DNA of 64,000 nt, from positions 4,928,001-4,992,000 of the forward strand of contig OZ245033.1 in the NCBI GenBank assembly GCA_965224025.1, in the 5' to 3' direction. Shown one piece after another: positions 29,032 to 39,982 of the stretch; within the stretch, counting starts at the first letter, position 1; the number at the start of each line of letters is the position of its first letter. Both the position numbers and the translations under genes were made by a program. Below the pieces are notes generated by a model. The model was given only the letters and a program-made list of their open reading frames with translations, was not told the DNA's origin and did no database searches. Source of the stretch: Candidatus Multivorans sp. (GTDB lineage: Bacteria > Acidobacteriota > Thermoanaerobaculia > Multivoradales > Multivoraceae).

Positions 29032-30771
29032 CTACTCGCCGCCGCCCGCCGAGATCATCAGCACCGAGCCCTGACGGTGCTCGGCGTGACGCGAGGGAGC
29101 GTTGGAGTTCGTGGTCCAGGCGTTGCCCGCCTCGTCGAACTCGATCTCGCGGGTGTAGGTGACCTGCATCGGCATCCGGTACTCGACGAACTTCTCCGTC
29201 TTCGGGTCGAAGCGGAGCATCGAGTCGGAGCCGGTGCCGGTGATCCAGATCTCGCCGTTGGTCGGGTTGATGTTCAGCGCGTACGGCAACGAGTTCGGGC
29301 CGTGCGGCAGGTCGTAGACCTTCCACTCTTCCGTTTCCTCGTTGAACGACGCGATGTCGCCGGAAGCCCAGCCCGGCACCCAGACGATGCCGTCGGGGGC
29401 CACGTGCAGGCGGCGTGGACCGTGCACCGGCGGCTTCCACTCGACGATCTGCTCGGGATCGCCGGCATCAAGTTCCGGACGGATGCGACCGACCCGCTGG
29501 CCATTCAACTTGGTGTAGAAGACGTGGCCGTTCGGCGCCACGTCGATGCCGTACGGGGTCACGCCGCGCGACTCGCCGCGGGCGCCGCCGCCGCGGACCT
29601 GGTCGGCCGACGGCAGCTTGTACTCGGTGACTTCCCAGCGCTTGCCGTCCCAGGTCTCGGGATCGAGCGAGAGAACACCGACGCCGCTCGGGCTGCCGGC
29701 GTCGGTCCACCAGAGAATGCCGTTGGGCGCGAAACGGAGGGTGTGCGGATAGCCGCCGCGCGGGCGCGGTGCGGCGCGGCCGGGGCCGACCCGCCATTCC
29801 TTCGTCTCGACATCGAACTCGGCCATCCGGCCCGAGTAGGCCAGGGTGGCCCACATGTTGCCGTCCTCGGCCTTCTCGATCGAGTGGATGCCGGTCGTGA
29901 TGCTGGACGGCGACAGGTAGTCCTTGCCGCCGGGCACCGTGTAGAAGGCGCGCTCCCCGGTTGCCGGATCGAGGGTCTCGATCACGTCCTGGGCCATGTC
30001 GACCGTGTAGACGAGGCCGTCGTCGCCCAGTTCGAGGTCGTGGATCACGGCGCCGGACTGGTCGCCCATCAGCCACTCGCGAACTTCGCCCTTGAGGGCC
30101 TCGCCCTTGGGCGCTTCCGGCGGCACGAAGTCCGGCCAGTCTTCCTCGGCCTCACGGCCGTAGACGCTGACGATCTTGTCGACCAGGCCGTCCTGGGTGT
30201 GCTTGTACAGGCCCTGGAAGCCGTCCATCCGGGTGAGCATGACCTCCCAGTCCACCGGCTCCTCGGGCGAACGGAAACCGACGGTCCCGACCTGGTGGCA
30301 GTAGGCGCACATCATCCTGAAATTCAGAGCGTCCTTGTCGTCTTCCCACTCCAGCATGTTCATCAGGTCGTGGCCGGGGCGCTGCGACTGCAGGGCCCAA
30401 CCTTCGGCCTTGCGCAGGCGAACCTGGATAGGAGTCGGCTCGGTGGTCTCCTTGAGATCCTTCCACTCGTCGAGCCAACCCATCAGGCGGACACGGAGCT
30501 TGTACTTGCCGGCGGGAACGGCCGGTAGCTTGTAAGCGCCGTCCGGCTGGCTGTAGACCGAGATGCTCCGCTGTTCGTCGGTCGAGAACAGCGACACGGT
30601 GGCGCCGCGGACCGGCTGGCCGTCGTTGCCGACGATGGCGCCGGTGTAGACGGTGAGCGGCGCGTCGAGCGCGTTGTTCGGTGCAGCCGCGGCAGTCGCC
30701 GAAGCGGCGAGCGCGAGGACTGCGAAGCTGGCGAGCGTGACCAGCGCCTTTGACGGACTGGGTCGAGACAT
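29032..30771 (-). CDS. Exported carboxypeptidase-regulatory domain + c-type cytochrome (CAYCH) + Vgb-lyase-like beta-propeller protein
   Basis: Signal peptide, CxxCH heme motif and propeller repeats (PHTLRF, PYGIDV, PRRLHV, PYALNI). Confidence 0.85.
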   Translation of the reverse strand: MSRPSPSKALVTLASFAVLALAASATAAAAPNNALDAPLTVYTGAIVGNDGQPVRGATVSLFSTDEQRSISVYSQPDGAYKLPAVPAGKYKLRVRLMGWLDEWKDLKETTEPTPIQVRLRKAEGWALQSQRPGHDLMNMLEWEDDKDALNFRMMCAYCHQVGTVGFRSPEEPVDWEVMLTRMDGFQGLYKHTQDGLVDKIVSVYGREAEEDWPDFVPPEAPKGEALKGEVREWLMGDQSGAVIHDLELGDDGLVYTVDMAQDVIETLDPATGERAFYTVPGGKDYLSPSSITTGIHSIEKAEDGNMWATLAYSGRMAEFDVETKEWRVGPGRAAPRPRGGYPHTLRFAPNGILWWTDAGSPSGVGVLSLDPETWDGKRWEVTEYKLPSADQVRGGGARGESRGVTPYGIDVAPNGHVFYTKLNGQRVGRIRPELDAGDPEQIVEWKPPVHGPRRLHVAPDGIVWVPGWASGDIASFNEETEEWKVYDLPHGPNSLPYALNINPTNGEIWITGTGSDSMLRFDPKTEKFVEYRMPMQVTYTREIEFDEAGNAWTTNSNAPSRHAEHRQGSVLMISAGGGE

Positions 30772-30889
30772 GGGATCTCCTGGGCCTGCTAGGGGGTATC
30801 TTGGGGTATATCTGGATTGGGACTATACAGCAACACTTCAGCCCGTCAGCAATCTCCGCCGGCTCGCCCCCACGCGGTAACCTCCGCCG

Positions 30890-32332
30890 ATGCAGGAGCG
30901 ACCCGGGGCCGATCGCCTGGACCGTTTCGTCGCGAATCCGCGACGGGCGCTCTGGCTGCTGGCGATGCCGATCCTGATCGGCATGTCCATCCAGACGCTC
31001 TACATGATCGTCGACATGTTCTTCGTCGGCCGGGTGAGCCCGGAAGCGTTGACGGCCCTCGCCTTCAACATGCCGCTCGTGTTCCTGGCGATGGGCGTGA
31101 CCTTCGGCCTTGGCACCGGGATCACCGCGGTCATCGCGCAGGCGATCGGCGCGCGTGACCGCGTACGCGCCGACCGCGCGGCCGAACACGCCGTGCTGAT
31201 CGGCGCTTTGGTCGCCGCGCTGACGACCGGTTCCGCGCTCGGATTCGGCGTTCCCCTGCTCCACGCGCTCGGTGTCCCCGAGGATCTCGTGCCCCAGGCC
31301 TGGAGCTACTTCCGTGTGCTCGCCTGCGGCTACCCCTTCATGGTGCTGGCGGTCTTCTTCCGCTCGATTCTCTCCGGCGAGGGCAACGTGAAGACGCCGG
31401 TCATGATCCAGGGCGCGGCGACGCTGCTCAACATCGCGCTCGACCCCCTGTTCATCTTCACCTTCGGTATGGGCGTCGCCGGGGCGGCCCTGGCCACGAT
31501 CGTCAGTCAGGCAATCGCGGCTCTGGCCTTCATCTACCTCCTGTTCATCGCCAAGCTCTCGTACGTCCGATTCAACCTCCGGAACTTCCGCTACGACGCC
31601 GCAATCGCCCGCAGCATCTGCGTCATCGGCCTGCCGGCGTCGCTGTCCTTCCTGGTCATGTCGATGGGCGGCGGCGTGCTCAACCGCATCCTGGTCGAGC
31701 ACACGCCCGACGCCGTGGCCGCGCTCCAGATCGGCAGCCGCCTCGACCACGTCGTGATCCTTCCCCAGGTCGCCGTGGCCTCGGGTCTGGTCACCCTGGT
31801 CGGCATGTTCTACGGCGCCCGGCGGGGCGACCTGCTGCGCGGAATCGTCCGCTACGCGATGGCGCGGACGATCCTGCTCAGCCTCGCGATCGCCGCCGCC
31901 TTCTACGTGCTGGCTCCCGGGCTCGTCGCCTTTTTCACGGACAGCCCGGGCATCCGCGGCCTGGGCGTCGATTACCTGCGGGTGGTCGTGTTCGCCTACC
32001 CGTTCATCGGCGTTTCGATCCTGACCGGACGCACGCTGCAGGGCCTGGGCCGTGGTTCCCCGGAACTCTGGCTGTCCCTGCTGCGGGTCATCCTGATCAG
32101 CGCGCCGCTTGCCTGGGCGGTGACCTTCTGGCTGCGCCTACCCGTCCAGTGGGTCTGGTACTCGTCGCTGGCGGGCACCGTCATCTCGGCTTCCGTTGCA
32201 CTCCTGTGGCTGACCCTCGGTTTGCGCACGGCGATCCGCACCATCGGTGAAGGCGCACCGCTTCCAGTCGACCAGGCCCGCGGCAGCGATCTACGGGTCG
32301 AGGCCGCGGCCGAGGCCGCGGAGCCGGCATGA
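30890..32332 (+). CDS. MATE-family efflux transporter
   Basis: LYMIVDMFFVGR, GEGNVKTP, NIALDPLFIF and GVAGAALAT motifs. Confidence 0.93.
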   Translation: MQERPGADRLDRFVANPRRALWLLAMPILIGMSIQTLYMIVDMFFVGRVSPEALTALAFNMPLVFLAMGVTFGLGTGITAVIAQAIGARDRVRADRAAEHAVLIGALVAALTTGSALGFGVPLLHALGVPEDLVPQAWSYFRVLACGYPFMVLAVFFRSILSGEGNVKTPVMIQGAATLLNIALDPLFIFTFGMGVAGAALATIVSQAIAALAFIYLLFIAKLSYVRFNLRNFRYDAAIARSICVIGLPASLSFLVMSMGGGVLNRILVEHTPDAVAALQIGSRLDHVVILPQVAVASGLVTLVGMFYGARRGDLLRGIVRYAMARTILLSLAIAAAFYVLAPGLVAFFTDSPGIRGLGVDYLRVVVFAYPFIGVSILTGRTLQGLGRGSPELWLSLLRVILISAPLAWAVTFWLRLPVQWVWYSSLAGTVISASVALLWLTLGLRTAIRTIGEGAPLPVDQARGSDLRVEAAAEAAEPA

Positions 32333-32961
32333 GCCGTTCGGCATCCGGCGCCGCCGTCATCCTGTGCGCGGCCCTGGCCACGGCACCCGTCGGCGGCCTG
32401 CAATGCCCCCGGCCGATGCCCCACGCCCTGTTCCCTCAGGACATCTACGTGCTGCGCGGTTTCGTGACCGAGGTGGCCGCTCTGCCGGCGGAAGACGACG
32501 GCGCCTACCAACTCGAGGTCCAGGTCGAAGGCTCGGTCCATCTGCCCACGCCCCGGTCGCGCTACGTGGTCACCGTCGAGGTCACCGAGGAGGACTGCTC
32601 GGTGCGGCCGATGACCGCGCCGGAAATGCGCGACCGCTTTGCCGTCGCAGACGAGGTGAAGATCGTGGCCCATGCCGTGCCCGGTTCGCATCGATCTCTC
32701 GTCGCGCCCTTCGAACGGGTGGCCCTGGTCATGGCCGAAGCCGGTGAGAGCGACTACATCAAGAACGAATTCGACTACTACGACGCACTGCTCGAGTTGG
32801 ACGCTCGCTTCCACGACCACGACAAGTTCTCCCTGCTCTCCCAGATGGGCCGCTACCTGGACCGCCGGGACGACTTCGAGCGCCTGCTCGAGGAACAAAT
32901 CCAGCAGCGTCGTCTCAGACGCCAGTTGCTCGATCTCTACGACGTGCTGAGAGAACGGTAG
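32329..32961 (+). CDS. Hypothetical exported protein
   Basis: Translationally coupled (ATGA) to the MATE gene; signal-like N-terminus. Confidence 0.65.
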   Translation: MSRSASGAAVILCAALATAPVGGLQCPRPMPHALFPQDIYVLRGFVTEVAALPAEDDGAYQLEVQVEGSVHLPTPRSRYVVTVEVTEEDCSVRPMTAPEMRDRFAVADEVKIVAHAVPGSHRSLVAPFERVALVMAEAGESDYIKNEFDYYDALLELDARFHDHDKFSLLSQMGRYLDRRDDFERLLEEQIQQRRLRRQLLDLYDVLRER

Positions 32962-32978
32962 CTATCGAAAGCCGGCCT

Positions 32979-33473
32979 CTAGCGAGCGGTTGCATCGCGC
33001 TCCATCACCAGAAAGTGGCACGGGCGAAGCGGCCTTCTCGTTGGCGGCGGATTCACCGCTTCGAACGGTTCGGTGCGCACCAGCCGGTATCCCATCCGTC
33101 CGTACCAGTCGGAGAGCTCGGGCCGCGTGCTGAGCACCCAGAGCTGGAAGACGCCGCATCCGGCTTCACGCAGCCAACTCTCGGCCGCTGCCATCAGATC
33201 GCGGCCCAACCCGATGCTCTGCCGCGCCGTCGCCACCGAGACCAGACCCAGATAGCCGGTCTCGCCGCGGCGCTCGACGTACACGCAGCCGTCCAGACCG
33301 CCTCGCTCCGCATCGCAGACGAGGAAAGCTCCACGCTCGAGCCGGTTCCTGACCTCCGGAATCCCGATCCGGTCGCCGGTGAGCATGTCCGCCTCGATCT
33401 GAAAAGCGTCGTTGACGAGGACGACGAGGGCTTCCGCGTCGTCGGGCGTCGCATTGCGGCAGGTGAAGGGCAT
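32979..33473 (-). CDS. GNAT acetyltransferase
   Basis: LVSVATARQSIGLGRDLM…WYGRMGY. Confidence 0.88.
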   Translation of the reverse strand: MPFTCRNATPDDAEALVVLVNDAFQIEADMLTGDRIGIPEVRNRLERGAFLVCDAERGGLDGCVYVERRGETGYLGLVSVATARQSIGLGRDLMAAAESWLREAGCGVFQLWVLSTRPELSDWYGRMGYRLVRTEPFEAVNPPPTRRPLRPCHFLVMERDATAR

Positions 33474-33578
33474 GAAGAAGGGTTACAAGCTCGGTCGAAC
33501 GAGCCCGCCACAGGAAGCGGCGAATCTTAGCGCCGCCCCTGTATCCTCGCGTTCTTCCTCAACCTACGGGGTCAGTCC

Positions 33579-36500
33579 ATGCCGCAACTCGAACGGGTCC
33601 TGATCAGCAACCGCGGCGAGATCGCCATCCGCATCGTCAAGGCCGCCTCGGCGCTCGGCATGGAATCGGTGGGCGTCTATCCGGCCGCGGACTCGCTGTC
33701 GCTTCACACCCGCCTCGCGACATCGGCCGTCGAGATCGGAAACGGCGTTGCCGATGATCCCGTTGCCGCCTATCTCGACGCCGAGGCGCTCGTGGCGGCG
33801 GCGCGTGGGAGCGGCTGCGACTGCGTCCACCCCGGATACGGCTTCCTGGCGGAAAGCGCCGCGTTCGCGCAGCAGTGCGCCGAGGCCGGTCTCGTCTTCG
33901 TGGGACCGCCCCCGGCCGCGCTCTCGCTGTTCGGCGACAAGGTACGCTCCCGCCGGCTCGCGGCTTCCTTCGACATTCCCGTGGTTCCCGGCAGTGACGA
34001 CCCGATTCCGTCCGCCTCCGACGCGGCGGACCTTGCCGCGTTGCTCGGCTATCCCGTGATGCTCAAGGCGGCCGCCGGCGGCGGCGGTCGCGGCATGCGC
34101 AGGGTCGCGTCCGCCAGCGCGATGGCCGAGGCGTTCGCCCGCTGCCGGAGCGAGGCGAAGGCCGCTTTCGGCAGCGGCGCCGTGTTCGTCGAGAAGCTGA
34201 TCGAACGGCCGCGCCACATCGAAGTCCAGGTGCTCGCCGATGGGGACGGCAACGTCGTCCACCTGCACGAGCGGGACTGCTCCGTCCAGTTGCGCAACCA
34301 GAAGGTCATCGAGACGGCGCCGGCGCCCGCGCTGGACGGCACGCTGCGGGACCGCATCCTCGCCGACGCGGTCAAGCTGGTTGCGGCAGCGGGCTACGCC
34401 AACGCAGGCACGGTGGAGTTCCTTGTCGTCCCCGAGACGGGCGAGCACTTCTTCATCGAGTGCAACGCGCGCATTCAGGTCGAACATACGGTCACCGAGC
34501 AGGTCACCTGCATCGACCTCGTCGAGGCGCAGTTCCGGATCGCCGCCGGCGCCACGCTTGCCTCGCTCGGCCTCGGCGACCAGGGCGCGATCGGTGCACC
34601 GCGCGGCACCGCCGTCCAGGCCCGGGTGGTCGCGCGCGGCGCCGGAACGCTGAGCGCCTACAAGGAGCCCACCGGCCCCGGCGTACGCGTCGACGGCTGC
34701 GGCTACGTCGGCTATGCGCCGCCGCCCCAGTTCGACCCGCTGCTCGCCAAGGTCACGGCTTCGAGTTCCTCGTCGTTCGGTTCCGGTGACGCCTCCCACG
34801 TCGCCGCGGTCGACCGCCTTCTCAGAGCACTGGACGAGTTCCACATCGGCGGTCTCGCCACCAACCTGGATCAACTGAAGGCGATCCTGGCCCACCCCAC
34901 CGTCCGCGCCGGCGAAGCGCGGACGACACTTCTCGCTGAACAGCCGAAGCTGCTCTCTCCCGCCGCCGATGCCGGCGGCAACGGCGCCCTCACGCTGCTG
35001 CGGCGGCAGGCGACGGTGATGGGCGTCTCCGTGGCGGGCGGCGCCGGCGCCCCGATCGCGGCGACGTCGGCAGCGGCCGAACTGGCCGTTCAGCCCGGCC
35101 AGCACGCCGTCGCCTGCCCCATGGCCGGATCCATCCTGGAGGTCCGGGTCGCCGAAGGCGACCGCGTCGCCGCGGGCGAAGCCCTGCTCGTCGTCAGCGC
35201 GATGAAGATGGAGTCCCAGGTTGCCGCGCCGCTCTCCGGCACGGTGGCGGCGCTCCAGCCGCTCACCGCCGGCGACACGGTGGAGGCGGACCAGGTCGTC
35301 GCGGTCATCGCGCCGGCAAAGGGGGCAACAGGCGACACGCAACCGGAACGGCGAGACGACACCTGGACCCCGCTGCTCGAGGACGTCGGCACCATGCAGG
35401 CGCTTGCGGCTGGCGCCCGGCTCCGACGAGCGCGGCGTCGTGCGCCAGCGCAGCTGCGGCAAGTTGACCTGCCGCGAACGCATCGACCTTCTGCTCGACG
35501 ACGGCAGCTTCCACGAGATCGGCAGCATCGCGGGTTTTGCCTCGTACGACGAGAGCGGAGCGATCGTCGACTTCACGCCCGCCAACCACGTCGGCGGCTG
35601 GGGCAGGATCGAGGGGCGCACCGCCGTCGTCTGCGCCGACGACTTCACTTCCCGGGGCGGCCACGCGGACGGCGCGATCGGGGAGAAGAGCCGCCATCTC
35701 GACAAGCTGGCTCTGGAGATGCGGGTGCCGTCGGTCCGCCTGCTGGACGGCTCGTCCGGCGGCGGCAGCGTCGCGGCGATGGTGCCTCAGCAGAAGAAGG
35801 AGGGCGAGAGCAAGGCCAAGGAGAGCCACGGGGCGATCAAGGCCGGCCGCCCCCGGGTCGCGGGCGCGGGCGGGTCCTTCCTGCCCAGCCACCTCGGCAG
35901 CACGATGTACACCGAGCAACTGAGCACGGTGCCGGTCGTCAACCTGCTCCTCGGAAGCGTCGTCGGCATCGGCGCCGCCAAGGCCGTACTGGGCCACTTC
36001 TCGGTCATGGCGCGCGACATCGCGCAGTTGTTCGTCGCCGGACCGCCGGTCGTCCGTCCCGCGATGGGCTACGACATCACGAAGGAAGACCTCGGCGGCT
36101 GGCACATCCATTGCCGCAATGGCTCGGTGGACAACCTGGCCGAAACGGAAGAGGAGGCGATGGCCCTCACCCGGCGCTTCCTGTCCTACCTGCCCGCCTC
36201 CGTGTACGAGACGCCGCCGGTCTCGACGCCGGACCCGAACGACCCGGCCGACCGCCGCGACGAGGAACTGCTCGGTCTGATTCCCCGCAAGCGCACCGCG
36301 ACTTTCGACGCACGCCGGGCAATCCGCCTGATGGTGGACAGGGACTCCTTCTTCGAGATCGGCCCGCTCTGGGGCACCGACCAGGTCACCGGCTTCGTGC
36401 GCATGAACGGCCACCCGATGGGCGTCGTCGCTTCCGACAGCCAGCACGCGAACGGCGGCGCCCTCACCGCCGACGGCTGCCGCAAGCTCACCCGCCATCT

Positions 36501-37014
36501 CGACGTCTGCGACCTCTTCCACCTGCCGGTCCTGAACCTGGTGGACAACCCCGGCTTCGCCGTCGGTCTCGAACACGAGATCACCGGCACCATCCGCTGG
36601 GGCGGCCAGTGGATGATCGCCTTCTCCCAGGTCACCACGCCGATCTTCACCGTCATCATGCGCCGCAGCTTCGGCGTCGCCGGCAACAACTACGCCACGC
36701 CCAGAGCCGAGCCGTCGATGCGCGTCGCCTGGCCCGCCGCCGACACCGGCGGCATCCCGCCCGAAGGCGGCATCGAAGCCGCCTACAAGCGCCAGTTGGC
36801 CGAAGCCGAAGACCCGAAAGCCCTCCGAGAGGAGCTGATGGCGAGGATCGAAAGCGCCCGCGGCCCCGTCGGCCCCCTGTCCCGCTTCCAGATCGAAGAG
36901 ATGATCGACCCGCGTGACACACGCAAGATGATCTGCGAGTGGCTCGAGATGGCGTGGAAGGTCGTTTCGCAGCCGGCGCGGCTGAAGGCGCGGCCGATCC
37001 AGTTCCGGCCGTGA
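33579..37014 (+). CDS. Single-chain biotin-dependent acyl-CoA carboxylase (BC-BCCP-CT), frameshift at ~35410
   Basis: NRGEIA, HPGYGFLAE, GGGGRGMR, ERDCSVQ, AMKME biotin site; the CT domain (RERIDLLLD…DDFTSRGG…DPRDTR) continues in another frame. Confidence 0.88.
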
Positions 37015-37027
37015 GGCCGGAACCACA

Positions 37028-37660
37028 TCACGAGAAGGCGCGAGGCCTGAAGTCGGGTTCGTTCGTGATGGTGGCACTGTTGCCGGTGGCGCGGATCACG
37101 AACAGGCCCTGCCGCTCGGCGTGGACGCACACGGCGGCGTCCGCCTTGAGGTAGGCCACGGCGCCAAAGATCGTGTGCCGCCGGTACTCCGGGCACCATT
37201 CCCGGAACTGGCCGAGCTTGGCCAAGAAGCGCTTCACGCTCTTCTGCCTAAGCGTCGTTTTGACCTCCACCACCACGACCTCGACACCATTGGCGGCGAC
37301 GATGTCGACCTCGAAGTGCTCCCCGTTGCACCGGCCGGTCATGTTCTGGAGCGTCCGTTCCACAGCGATGCCGCGCTCCTTCAGCAGGGGTACGAGATCG
37401 CCCTCGACCAGGCTCTCCAGGAACCTGCCCCACCTGGAAGTGAACAGGTTCTCCGCCTTCCTGAGGCGCCGGTCCGTCTCCAGCATCTGCCGGGCGGTCT
37501 CCTGCATCTGCCGGGCGGTGGCCTCCTGTCGCTCCCTGAACTCCTTCATGTCCTCGCCAAATCCGGCCGAGAGCCGGGATGCGAGTGCCAGGTTGGCCTC
37601 GATCCGGTCGAGGGCGGTCGACGCCGTTCTGTCACTGCTCGAGTTCGTCTGCTCAGTCAT
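37028..37660 (-). CDS. Coiled-coil + PD-(D/E)XK nuclease-like protein (DUF3782-like)
   Basis: QETARQM heptad repeats, WGRFLESLVE, EVDIVA…VEVKTTL. Confidence 0.8.
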   Translation of the reverse strand: MTEQTNSSSDRTASTALDRIEANLALASRLSAGFGEDMKEFRERQEATARQMQETARQMLETDRRLRKAENLFTSRWGRFLESLVEGDLVPLLKERGIAVERTLQNMTGRCNGEHFEVDIVAANGVEVVVVEVKTTLRQKSVKRFLAKLGQFREWCPEYRRHTIFGAVAYLKADAAVCVHAERQGLFVIRATGNSATITNEPDFRPRAFS

Positions 37661-38002
37661 TCTTGCCTACCTCGTTTCACGGCATCGGGGGTGCCGGGGG
37701 CGCGGGCGTCGGCAGGGGGCGGTCCAGCCGAGGAGAAGCTCTGCAGCGAACCGCAAGTCCGACTCTACCAACCTGGGGCCCGTGAGGAGCACCATGGCGT
37801 CGTGGGCGAACACGCCCGTGCACAGCTCCAGGACTAGCCGAGGGCCTCGGGATTCCGGAACTTCAAGTGCTCCACAAGACCGTCGAAGAACTGGTCAAAG
37901 TCCGACGGATCAGACCGCAACGCCGGCCCATCCGTGAAGTCGACTTCGGCGAGAACGTATCCCTCGAACGTACAGGTGGCCCAAGCCGGCTCTATCGCCT
38001 CT

Positions 38003-38988
38003 TCAACCGTGACGGTCAAGGGGTCGGCCCGGTCGCTCGGGGTCCACCGAACCACCGGTACCGGGGCGAGGCACGACCTCGACGCGGCTGAACATGTGGG
38101 CCGCCTGATGCGACATTCGTGCCACGCAGGCCTCGAAGTACTCCGTCTCGACCTCGACGCCGACGCTGTTCCGGCCCCACTTCGCCGCCGCCGACTGCGT
38201 GGTGGCCGTGCCCATGAAGGGATCGAAGACCGTGTCGCCCGCGAAGCTGAACATGCGGATCAGCCGCTCGGCGATCTCCAGCGGGTAAGGGGCTGGATGA
38301 TGCCGTGTGGAGGCCCCTCCGACTCCCTCCCAGACTTGGCGGAACCACTTGTGGTGGAGGTCGGCCGGGATCAAGCTGAGCACCTTGGCCGCCGGTGTGG
38401 GCCGGCGATAGCCGCCCGGCTTGCGCTGCATGAGGATGAACTCGATGTCGTCGTAGGCCGCATTGGCGATCTTGTGCCAGATGATCGGCGCCAGGTTGTC
38501 GAAGCCGATGCGCCGGCAACGCTCCTGGATCGAGGCATGCAGCGGTACCACGGCGTGACGCCCGTGGCGCCGCCGCGAGAGGCAGACATCGCCCACCACG
38601 CAGACCAGCCTGCCGCCAGGCGCCAGCGCGTCGTAGCAGCGTTTCCAGACCAGGTCGAGCTGGTCCAGGAAGTCCTCGTAGTCCTCGACCCAGCCCAACT
38701 GTCCGTCAGCGACCGGGTACTCCTTCAGAGTCCAGTAGGGCGGCGACGTGACCACGAGGTGGATGGACTCCGGCGCCAGCGGCGGCGTGGCGCGGGAGTC
38801 GCCCAGGAACAGCTCGTGCCCGTGGGCACTTCGCCGAGCAACGCCTCGATCCGGGCCGTGGCGCTCGGATCCCTGGCGAGTTTCGGCAGATCGCGGCGCG
38901 GATTCGCGAAGGACCGCCAACGCCGCGGCACCAGTTCGAGCAGCGGGTCGGCAGGGTTCCGCGCCGCCTCTGCCGATACCGAACTCAT
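38003..38988 (-). pseudogene. N4/N6 DNA methyltransferase (beta class), frameshift at ~38820 and probable in-frame internal deletion
   Basis: TSPPY and DPFMGTATT motifs; the N-terminus MSSVSAEAA… is in another frame; IANAAYD is joined directly to DIEFILMQRKPGGY. Confidence 0.8.
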
Positions 38989-39136
38989 GCCGGGGACAGT
39001 ACCACCGCCGCAGCCCCGAAGCGGCTCGCCCGAGGACTCAGGCCGGAGCCGATTCAACTCCGACTCGAACGCGGCCGGAGCAGCCGGAGGGCGGCGCAGA
39101 ATTGACACGAATCTCGTGTTTCACTATTTTCTCGTC

Positions 39137-39385
39137 ATGAAGAACATCACCATCACGTTGCCGGAGGACATCGCCCGATGGGTTCGCGTCCGGGCGGCGA
39201 AGAACGAGTTGAGCGTCTCTAGGTGGCTGGCACAGATCATCGAAAGCCAGAGGCACCGGGAAGACAAGTACGAGGTCGCCATGGAGCGGTTCCTGGAGCG
39301 AGCTCGCCAGCCACGCACCTTCGACTGGGTCGACGGTCGCAAACCGACCCGAGAGGAAGTGCATGACCGCGCCGGTCTTCGTTGA
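39137..39385 (+). CDS. RHH/CopG-type antitoxin
   Basis: MKNITITLPEDIARWVRVRAA…SVSRW…PTREEVHDR, overlapping the PIN gene. Confidence 0.85.
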   Translation: MKNITITLPEDIARWVRVRAAKNELSVSRWLAQIIESQRHREDKYEVAMERFLERARQPRTFDWVDGRKPTREEVHDRAGLR

Positions 39386-39826
39386 CACGAACGTCCTCGT
39401 GTACCTGCACACCGATTCCGATCCGGCGAAGCGGAAACGAGCCGACGCGTGGGTCGACTTCCTGATACGACGCCGTGCCGGCAGGCTGAGCACCAGGTTC
39501 TCCAGGAGCTCTACGCGGTGCTGACCCGCAAGGTGCGACCTCCCCTGGAACTGGAGCTGGCGCGCTCCATCGTCCGGGATCTCGGTTCGTGGAAGCCCTT
39601 GTCGCTCGAACCAGCCGTACTGGAGCGCGCGTGGAACCTGGAGAGTCGCTATTCACTCTCCTGGTGGGACTCTCTGATCGTTGCGGCGGCCCAAGCAAGC
39701 CGATGCGGCGTACTCCTGACCGAGGACCTTCAGAACGGGCAGCAGTTCGGCAGCCTGCGAGTCGTCGACCCGTTCTCCAGAGAAGCGCTGGATCCGCGAA
39801 GCGTGCTCGAGTCACGGGTGCACTGA
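39363..39826 (+). CDS. PIN-domain toxin, frameshift at ~39493
   Basis: VFVDTNVLVY in one frame; QVLQE…SWWDSLIVAAA…LLTEDLQ in another. Confidence 0.82.
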
Positions 39827-39982
39827 TCTGGCGGCCGCTGGCCCGAATGCACCGCCGAAACCGCGCAGTCCCGCGCGCCTCGCCAGCTAGTAGCATCCCG
39901 CCTCGCTCGAAGCGGCCCCGAACGGCGAAACCGCGAACCACGACGACTTCAAAAGCACAGACGGCGCATGCCAGGAGCGGTG

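Noticed and set aside
35410-36917. Arg-rich C-terminal extension of the biotin carboxylase
   Set aside because: Out-of-frame reading of the carboxyltransferase domain.
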